Origin: a virus
Taxonomy: Duplodnaviria > Caudoviricetes
DNA length: 64,000 bases
IMG/VR virus record: IMGVR_UViG_3300020577_005688
Coordinates: 64,001-128,000 of that record
Strand: one strand, 5' to 3'
Below the pieces are notes generated by a model. It saw only the letters and a list, made by a program, of their open reading frames with translations. It was not told the origin of the DNA and did no database searches. This document shows, one piece after another, positions 58,501-64,000 of this stretch. The translations under genes and the position numbers were made by a program. How positions within the stretch are numbered: the stretch's first letter is position 1; every line of letters starts with the position of its first letter.

Positions 58501-58920
58501 CCCGAGCATCGTATTCATGGAGGCTTGCTGATGAGCGCCCCCCATGACTGCACCAATGCTCGCCTGTCCGAGCATTGCACCAGCCGCGATTGGGAGTCCA
58601 AATCCGGACCCCGCAAGAGCCATCATCCCAAGGCCGCCGCCAATTCCCAAACCTGCATGCATCGCGGCACCACCGGCAGACATGATACCACCAGCAATGG
58701 CATTCCCAGCTCCGTAGCCCATCATTCCAGAGGGGGCGTAGTTGAAGCCGCCGCCACTTCCTCTTGGAGGTCCTCCCATTCCGTACCCTCCCAGACCACC
58801 AGGAGTCGTCGTCATCGACGGTGGAACTGGAACTCCGATGGATTGGGAAAATTGGGCCTGCCCCAAGAACATCTGGTTCTGTTGGGCAAACATTGAAGCG
58901 ATTTCGTAGCTCGTTGGCAT
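55594..58920 (-). CDS. Tape measure protein
   Basis: 1108 aa, Ala/Gly/Ser/Met-rich and helical with hydrophobic Gly-rich segments; first gene of the tail block. Confidence 0.75.
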   Translation of the reverse strand: MPTSYEIASMFAQQNQMFLGQAQFSQSIGVPVPPSMTTTPGGLGGYGMGGPPRGSGGGFNYAPSGMMGYGAGNAIAGGIMSAGGAAMHAGLGIGGGLGMMALAGSGFGLPIAAGAMLGQASIGAVMGGAHQQASMNTMLGSQYNFANMSSRTGAGFSRDDAKSIGDMTRSLSHIPELMTSFEELQGVMSRMKSSGVMQGVKNASEFQSRFREALTTIKDMSKVLGTTMEEAEQFFSASRSSGFYNRGAQLKNAVSAQFTSSVTGASVGQVAGLQQAGADMAMSFGARRGLGATAVTNIAQSIGLAQMSGRLREGAVEDVTGLQGADAQMALAQKMFGGMMRFGQTSAGRLAMAGMMKYDESGRAIGVDESLSKRFNAGELSIDELKAKASQLTDAQKKSFTARQSDLVASLAGQIGPGGAFTMMKGALGLRGDNDGTNLVMQRLTNMSAGEIDIAEGMQGNLGGSEAASFAKMRQRQASQRERTDPSAIMQKIKTRLHGATIGKLEQAGAEIQNSIAKSVDSFFDDLVGREVSTLTEERASAISKAFSGSNSAQSKELIAGLMKTSSRSSASTGDRLLRVGKDTLFGGAGLLSGARSFVREFGGSDSALARFTTGLTGGMTEGQEAEFASRLYGTDSASGQAAMAAKLRSGNVAGKGAEAALASVLSGSDMTGKSAAQKVDIISRGMEKKVQSAAEKSGFRDPTRIKNISRETLEGQMSANNLSDSEKDLLRSYQDASNDPTGKNVFAQMAAASGAGNLIGSVAGSRSSVEIQKSLKASTEELGTVLGEGASSFVKSSSKHAKAFGEVIKDSSIAVALRDAIETGDYSGARKLINSKLKPGEKLSESEVKSLAEATKGFDPSNEKKVAAAQKAIENYTSDANSAAADEFFKNVTSQGQTLIDNAAEGPNGDAQREFGKAMADYRSELVAAGSDVKKRDEVIEKFSGAFSKYSKSFRGLSKKDREAAIEAGGDTAIAAAAEDERRKRLSSKSFSSAEEVAKEFGVSTNDVFSTDFKAGGKLSESAIEKLSKQTGASKALSTTQAGASGSKAKSKDDTLIDTLTEQNKILRSLDTKLATEKKGWFPWGGSGESDSAGKGGQTALPGETKT

Positions 58921-58989
58921 TCACGAAACCTTGGAAAGGGGTCGAGGGAACAGTATCACCTGGACGGTAGCAACTCCAGGGATGGGGAG

Positions 58990-58998
58990 GGCATAAGA
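58990..58998 (+). promoter_or_regulatory. GGCATAAGA candidate phage promoter element
   Basis: Identical to 4511-4519; 37 nt upstream of the ATG at 59036. Confidence 0.5.
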
Positions 58999-59035
58999 CT
59001 ATAGTGCAATCTACCTGTTTCCATAGGGGTTTTTC

Positions 59036-59470
59036 ATGGTTTCTTTGCTCGGTGCCCTAGGCATTGTCTACGGGTCGACTTGGTTCATCAGACAGACTCC
59101 CAAGCTCCTTACAATGACGACGGGATTCCTCTTGGTGAGAGAGAAGGAGAAAACGAAGCATTACGAAAGAATGGCAAGACTCGGGTTCGACATCATCAGA
59201 GACAGGTCCGTCCTCTCCAACCAAGAAGATGAAGTCGAATTCAAGGTGATTGATTTCAGGGCTGGGTCGCTCCACCGCCGACTTCGTTTCTTGGAGAAAG
59301 AAGTGCTGTTTCTCAAAGAAGATGAAATCTTCATCCTCGACAAGGCAATGCGTGAGATAGAGCAAGGAGGAGTCATCCCTGGAGATGAATTCACGAGGCT
59401 TATCTCCATCAGTAAAGAACGCCTTGCCGATGAGGAGTTCATGAAAAGCTTCGAACCAAAACGAAGCTGA
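59036..59470 (+). CDS. Hypothetical protein
   Basis: 144 aa; followed by a terminator. Confidence 0.6.
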   Translation: MVSLLGALGIVYGSTWFIRQTPKLLTMTTGFLLVREKEKTKHYERMARLGFDIIRDRSVLSNQEDEVEFKVIDFRAGSLHRRLRFLEKEVLFLKEDEIFILDKAMREIEQGGVIPGDEFTRLISISKERLADEEFMKSFEPKRS

Positions 59471-59522
59471 GTTTCGGTACAAGTGAAGCTACCAGGCCTC
59501 ACTTGTATCTTTGATGAACGAG

Positions 59523-59544
59523 GAGCGGCAGCCCCGCTCTTTTT
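59523..59544 (+). terminator. Intrinsic terminator
   Basis: GAGCGG-cagcc-CCGCTC-TTTTT. Confidence 0.65.
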
Positions 59545-59579
59545 ACATCGCAGACTTACGAGCCTGCAGCAGTAGAAAG

Positions 59580-59608
59580 TTGTCACGGGTCGACCGCAGC
59601 CCTATAAC
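59580..59608 (+). promoter_or_regulatory. Housekeeping sigma70-type promoter for nrdJ
   Basis: TTGTCA-N17-TATAAC in intergenic DNA just after a terminator. Confidence 0.65.
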
Positions 59609-59784
59609 GCTTGGACGGCCACGCCCTGCAAGGCGTGACTGGTGACTAGGGACATTCATCGTGCCGACACCGCAGCCCAATCAATCAAAGGGCAGAAGTA
59701 CAAACCAACACCCACAGTAAAACCTCAGTAAACGTGTGTCCCGACACGTTTAAGGGGGTTTTGTCGTCTCAAGGAGCTGGGAAT

Positions 59785-61824
59785 ATGAGCAAGAGCCTCT
59801 CACCAGAAACAATCTCGAAGTACGCAGTAAAGTGGGGTCCTATCGGGGAACCCGTCTACAAACGGTCATACAGCAGAGTGAAGGAGGACGGCTCAAAGGA
59901 AACCTACCCTGAGACTGTCGTCCGAGCAGTTGATGGAAATATCGGACTCGTCGATAAGAAGTTCATCGAAGAAGGAGAGCGAGAGAAGCTCATCGAACTT
60001 CTCTTGGAGTTCGCAGCAATCCCAGCAGGCCGTCATCTTTACGCTTCAGGGGTAAAGGGCCGACAGTTCCTGTTCAACTGTCATGCGGCTGGATGGGATG
60101 CAAAGGCTCCCTGGGACCACTTTGGGTTCCTCTTCGACGAACTCATGCAGGGCGGTGGAGTCGGTTCAAATTACTCAAATCGATACATGCAATCATTGCC
60201 ATCGATTGAGAGGTCTGTAGACTTGCACGTCGTCTGCCGCCCGGACCACCCCAACATTGAGGAGTTCCAGGATCTCCTTTGCCGAGTGACGCAGGGTGAC
60301 GTCAACGCACACTCAAACGTGTTCAAGGTCCCGGACACTAGGGAGGGATGGGTCGAGGCCGTCGAGCACATCCTCCGTGCTGCGTGGGGTGAGCACAAGA
60401 ACGGAGAAGCGAGACTCGTCATTGACGTCTCTGACATCCGTCCTCGTGGGGAGTTGCTCAAGACTTCTGGTGGCATCGCGTGCGGTCCGGGTCCACTGGT
60501 CTCGATGCTCCATGACTTCACGAAACACCTCAACGGCTGCATTGGTCGTACTCTCACATCACTCGATGCGATGGTTCTGGACCATGCTCTTGCTTCGTGC
60601 GTGATTGCAGGAGGGAAGCGCCGCTCAAGCCGGATGTCAGTGAAGAACTGGAAGGACAGTGACATCTTCGAGTTCATCAACTGCAAGAGGCAAGACGGAG
60701 CGCACTGGAGCACGAACATCTCTGTTGAGGTCGATGACGATTTCATCATTGCGTACAACATGGGAGATGAGCACGCGAAGTCGGTCATGCGTGCAGTCAT
60801 TCTCGGAAAACGCAGCAACGGAGAGCCAGGTCTCTGGAACCGCAGCTTGGCGATGAAGGATGAGCGCGACCCAGAGTTGATGTTCTGCCCAAACCCATGC
60901 GGAGAGATTGGGCTTCAGATGTGGGAGAACTGCAACCTCGGCCACATCAACCTGCAGTACTACGCCTCGAAGCCAAATCGCGAAGCTGCAGAGGCTTTCC
61001 GTCTCATGACTCGTTGGTTGATTCGCGCCACGTTCGGGGACATCCCACAACCTCGCCAACGTGAAGTCGTGGACCGCAATCGTCGTATTGGCGTCGGCTT
61101 CTTCGGATACCACGGATGGTTGGCTATTCGTGGTCTGAAGTACTCTGAGGCGTATAAGGACGCTTCTGTTCAGAACGCACTCAACCTGTTCAGGACGACT
61201 GTTCAGAACGAAGCTCGTGAGTACTCAGCTGCTCAGGGAATTCCTTGTCCAGTGAAGAACACGACACTCGCACCGACGGGGACGATTGTGCTGATGCCTG
61301 GCGTGTCCGCAAGTGGACAGGCGGTCATTTACAGACACTTCAAGAGGCTGGTCCGCTACGCAGACACGGACCCCGAACTCGAAGTGAAGAGGAAAGAGGG
61401 ATACAAAATCTTCAAGGATGATGATGCTCGCAATACTCAGATTGTCGAGTATTGGTGCGAGGATCCACTTGTCTCCATCCTGAAGGCGAAGGGCCTGGAT
61501 GCTGATGACCTTGTTGAGTGCCAGGACGAGTTGAAGTTGGAGGACTCTCTTGGGACGCAGAAGATGATTCAGTCTTGCTACGCAGACAATGCCATCTCCT
61601 TTACCATCAACATGGGAGAGGACAAGATGCCGACAGAGGATGCAATGGAGAAGGCCTTCTTCGAGGCTCTCCCATTCATCAAAGGAACGACATTCTTCCC
61701 AGAAAAGAGCAGGAAGAACGCCCCATACCAGAAGCTCTCTCGTGCAGAGTGGGACGCGTACACTGGCCGAAAGGAAACCATCCAGGTCGAAGACGAGTGC
61801 AAGACGGGATGCCCAGTGCGTTGA
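59785..61824 (+). CDS. nrdJ: Class II (adenosylcobalamin-dependent) ribonucleotide reductase, monomeric RTPR type
   Basis: PAGR.L, FNC, MQGGGVG, AGGKRRS, NPCGE, RRIGVG, LAPTGT, C-terminal ECKTGCPVR. No beta subunit nearby. AAGGAG SD before ATG 59785. Confidence 0.9.
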   Translation: MSKSLSPETISKYAVKWGPIGEPVYKRSYSRVKEDGSKETYPETVVRAVDGNIGLVDKKFIEEGEREKLIELLLEFAAIPAGRHLYASGVKGRQFLFNCHAAGWDAKAPWDHFGFLFDELMQGGGVGSNYSNRYMQSLPSIERSVDLHVVCRPDHPNIEEFQDLLCRVTQGDVNAHSNVFKVPDTREGWVEAVEHILRAAWGEHKNGEARLVIDVSDIRPRGELLKTSGGIACGPGPLVSMLHDFTKHLNGCIGRTLTSLDAMVLDHALASCVIAGGKRRSSRMSVKNWKDSDIFEFINCKRQDGAHWSTNISVEVDDDFIIAYNMGDEHAKSVMRAVILGKRSNGEPGLWNRSLAMKDERDPELMFCPNPCGEIGLQMWENCNLGHINLQYYASKPNREAAEAFRLMTRWLIRATFGDIPQPRQREVVDRNRRIGVGFFGYHGWLAIRGLKYSEAYKDASVQNALNLFRTTVQNEAREYSAAQGIPCPVKNTTLAPTGTIVLMPGVSASGQAVIYRHFKRLVRYADTDPELEVKRKEGYKIFKDDDARNTQIVEYWCEDPLVSILKAKGLDADDLVECQDELKLEDSLGTQKMIQSCYADNAISFTINMGEDKMPTEDAMEKAFFEALPFIKGTTFFPEKSRKNAPYQKLSRAEWDAYTGRKETIQVEDECKTGCPVR

Positions 61825-61831
61825 AATTTGT

Positions 61832-61840
61832 GGGATAAGA
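61832..61840 (+). promoter_or_regulatory. GGGATAAGA candidate phage promoter element followed by a hairpin
   Basis: Motif copy; the ATGCCAAGGC/GCCTTGGCAT stem lies just before the GGAG SD. Confidence 0.5.
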
Positions 61841-61895
61841 ATTTAGACACGATGCCAAGGCGCAACTTGCCTTGGCATTTGTGTTTGGAGACTCG

Positions 61896-62153
61896 ATGGC
61901 CGCTTCTCAAAATGACATTGAAGGATGGGTTCGAAGCGCTCTCAAGAAAGGATGTACTCACCTTCTCGTCGTGTGTGACGACTTCGACTACGAGGATTAC
62001 CCAGTCGAGGTAATGGAAGGGGAGGACATCAGAACCAAAATGGAGGAGTACAACTTCAAAAACATGCAACGAATCATGGAGGTGTACTCCATGAAAATGC
62101 CAATCGATCTCCAGCTTCTGGAGAGAAAAGCATGGCACCCCGATCACAAGTGA
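61896..62153 (+). CDS. Hypothetical phage protein
   Basis: GGAG SD before ATG 61896; THLLVVCDDFDYEDYPV. Confidence 0.65.
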   Translation: MAASQNDIEGWVRSALKKGCTHLLVVCDDFDYEDYPVEVMEGEDIRTKMEEYNFKNMQRIMEVYSMKMPIDLQLLERKAWHPDHK

Positions 62154-62161
62154 GGACTGAA

Positions 62162-62419
62162 ATGGAACTGATGAGTTCTGAACAGCAGACATTCCGAGGC
62201 GAGATCGCCGTCATGGACGGAACCGGTGACTCGAAGTTCATGTGGGACCCGAAGAACCCTGACGAGGTCGCGGCTGCGAAGGCACAGTTCGATGCGCTGA
62301 AGAAGAAGGGATACATCGCATTCACCGTCGACAAGAAGGGAGATAAGGGGGAGATCATCCGTGAGTTCGATCCAGAGCTCGAAAAGATCATCATGACTCC
62401 TCCGATTGCCGGAGGGTGA
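62162..62419 (+). CDS. Small protein ending in PPIAGG (ubiquitin-like/sulfur-carrier-like C-terminus)
   Basis: 85 aa; GAGGA SD; C-terminus IIMTPPIAGG-stop. Confidence 0.6.
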   Translation: MELMSSEQQTFRGEIAVMDGTGDSKFMWDPKNPDEVAAAKAQFDALKKKGYIAFTVDKKGDKGEIIREFDPELEKIIMTPPIAGG

Positions 62420-62420
62420 C

Positions 62421-63329
62421 ATGAGAAGCTCAGGTGCGGAGAGGTTCAAACCTTCCATCGGAGAGAGGCTCAGACAGTCCTCAGAAGACAAGAAGTTGAG
62501 AGGATCCAGGAGGCCCAAGAAGGAAAAGCCAGAACCACAACCTCCTCAACCTGCGCCAATCGGCCCAACTCTCGTCTCAATCACAACCAACAATCCCGAC
62601 GGATTCTTCAGGCCTGGGGGTGGTATCATCCGAATCAGAACTGCAACAACAGACTGTAACAACACCGTCTGGTATCAGTGGACGCAGACTGGTTGCACTG
62701 GAGATACGTGGGACCAGTGGCAGTCACTTCCCATCACCCTCACCACAACAAGCGCTTCTACTGTGTGGGAGTCTTGGGTCGATACAGGCACTGGACGCGG
62801 GAATCGGCTTCTCAGACCAGATCCACGACCGATTACACGAGCGGCTCCCAGACCCGCAATCGAAGTCATCGAAACTGAAGAGGAGAGAAGGAGACGGAAC
62901 GAGCAGTTCGAGCGCTTCCGCCGTGAGGAAGAAGAGAAGAATCGCAAAATCCGTGAGGCGTACGGACGAGCGATGGATCTCCTGAAGAGTTGCTTGAACA
63001 ATGAACAGCGGGACTCTTTGGAGAAATCGAAGTTCTTCTACGTCACTGCACCGTCTGGTCGTAAGTACAGAATCGATGAAGGGACGCACGGAAATCTCAA
63101 GGTTGTGAACAAAGAAGGAAGAGTCATCGAAAGACTCTGCGTTCAGCCGAATGATGTGCCAGCGGGAGACGCAATGCTGGTACAGAAACTCATGATCGAA
63201 ACTGCAGAAGACGCTCTCCGGAGACATGCCAACATCACGTTGGAGAATGGGCAGATGTTGTACGGAGATCGAGCTCTTCTCGACAACCAGAAGCTCGCAG
63301 ACATCATCCCCATCAGGAGAGCAGGGTGA
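62421..63329 (+). CDS. Hypothetical protein: disordered Trp-repeat N-half, charged helix, Cys-containing C-domain
   Basis: Starts 1 nt after the GG-protein stop; RLCVQP..VP.GD.ML.QKL. Confidence 0.65.
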   Translation: MRSSGAERFKPSIGERLRQSSEDKKLRGSRRPKKEKPEPQPPQPAPIGPTLVSITTNNPDGFFRPGGGIIRIRTATTDCNNTVWYQWTQTGCTGDTWDQWQSLPITLTTTSASTVWESWVDTGTGRGNRLLRPDPRPITRAAPRPAIEVIETEEERRRRNEQFERFRREEEEKNRKIREAYGRAMDLLKSCLNNEQRDSLEKSKFFYVTAPSGRKYRIDEGTHGNLKVVNKEGRVIERLCVQPNDVPAGDAMLVQKLMIETAEDALRRHANITLENGQMLYGDRALLDNQKLADIIPIRRAG

Positions 63330-63541
63330 AGACGTTCGGGATGAAGAAAGCAATCGAAGGAGTCGACAGCGTCGATGTTCCTGTCGGTGAGCAGTGCTTC
63401 AACTGTGAGAAGACGCTCACAGTTGAAGACTGTGGCTTCATTCTCCCGTACCACTTCGTCGAAAATGACGAACACCTGGTACGGGAGGTTTCGTATCACC
63501 GAGCATGTCTCATGAAGAATCTGTTCGGTGAAGATGGGTAG
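63326..63541 (+). CDS. Small Zn-binding-like protein
   Basis: CFNC...HRAC; GTGA overlap. Confidence 0.55.
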   Translation: MKTFGMKKAIEGVDSVDVPVGEQCFNCEKTLTVEDCGFILPYHFVENDEHLVREVSYHRACLMKNLFGEDG

Positions 63542-63595
63542 GGGCTCATGGTAAGCCGCGCAATCTACCTATCTCCACAAATTACATAGACGAAC

Positions 63596-63630
63596 AAAAA
63601 GAGCGTCAGGGGCTGCAACCCCTGACGCTC
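63596..63630. terminator. Terminator between convergent genes (T-tract on the minus strand)
   Basis: AAAAA-GAGCGTCAGGGG-ctgcaa-CCCCTGACGCTC; perfect 12-bp stem. Confidence 0.8.
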
Positions 63631-63668
63631 AAGCCCTTTCCGACGGGGACGCGTTGGAAGGGTAGCGC

Positions 63669-63971
63669 TTACTTCTTCATTCCAGCATGAGGCTTTGGAG
63701 GGCTGAAGTCTGGTGCTGCAGTGACTGGAGGAGCCTCGTTGGCCTGAATTTTAGGCCCCAGAAGAGAGTTCAATTCTCGTTCCCATTCTTTGACTCGTCC
63801 AAGATTGGCCTTCACAGTTTCAAGACATCGGGCGCAGAGGTCAAAGTACGACAACTCGTCGCCCAAGAACTTTGAGGTAAAGTCGGGTTCGGACTTCTCT
63901 CCGACAGCAGGCTTTAGTTCCTCTCGCCCGCACCTATCACACTTAATCATCACGACTTGTTGTCGAGCCAC
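63669..63971 (-). CDS. Zn-finger-like hypothetical protein
   Basis: CDRCG...DLCARC; AAGGAG SD upstream. Confidence 0.6.
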   Translation of the reverse strand: MARQQVVMIKCDRCGREELKPAVGEKSEPDFTSKFLGDELSYFDLCARCLETVKANLGRVKEWERELNSLLGPKIQANEAPPVTAAPDFSPPKPHAGMKK

Positions 63972-64000
63972 TTCATGTCTCCTTGTCGAGCTTTCCGTTA

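Noticed and set aside
58921-59035. Tail-assembly-chaperone frameshift upstream of the tape measure gene
   Set aside because: The upstream gene is divergent; no chaperone ORF pair or slippery heptamer is present here.
59610-59700. Possible tRNA or cobalamin riboswitch
   Set aside because: The hairpin with a CTGCAA loop lacks D and T arms (no GTTCRA), and no B12-box consensus was recognised. Kept only as an unexplained structured leader.
1-64000. Stop-codon reassignment, inteins, introns, DGR/retron, integrase or IS elements
   Set aside because: Core genes are full-length in code 11 and TAA, TAG and TGA all end genes. No intein-sized insertions, reverse transcriptase, recombinase or transposase were recognised.

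Overview
This 64 kb window is a piece of a large (jumbo-type) tailed dsDNA phage genome, very probably a myovirus of a diderm host. It uses the standard genetic code and genes are densely packed. Five blocks: (1) 1-4406, minus strand: head module with the 5' end of a probable portal gene and four unknown proteins, three of them rich in K-x-A / (F)xDELEKIA motifs. (2) 4557-24005, plus strand: replication, recombination and nucleotide metabolism (SF2 helicase, family-4 UDG, DnaB, primase, gp32-like SSB, PolA, MazG-like pyrophosphatase, HU-like protein, RecA, PD-(D/E)xK nucleases, UvsY-like protein, dTMP kinase, ThyX, RusA). (3) 24041-58920, minus strand: lysis and tail module (two-component spanin, beta-helix tail fibre, large baseplate proteins, a sigma70-family factor, small K-x-A proteins, hub, tape measure protein). 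(4) 59036-63541, plus strand: class II ribonucleotide reductase and small genes. (5) A convergent gene at the right edge. Best leads: a shared ELEKIA/K-x-A leader or cleavage code, a variant of which also tags the phage sigma factor (hypothesis: a virion-packaged, protease-matured sigma acting on an intergenic GG[C/G]ATAAGA motif); a probable programmed -1 frameshift at C-CCT-TAA that adds a helix-extension-helix domain; and a small protein ending in PPIAGG coupled to a Cys-bearing partner (candidate minimal ubiquitin-like or sulfur-carrier system). All functional calls come from motif recognition by eye; no database searches were run.
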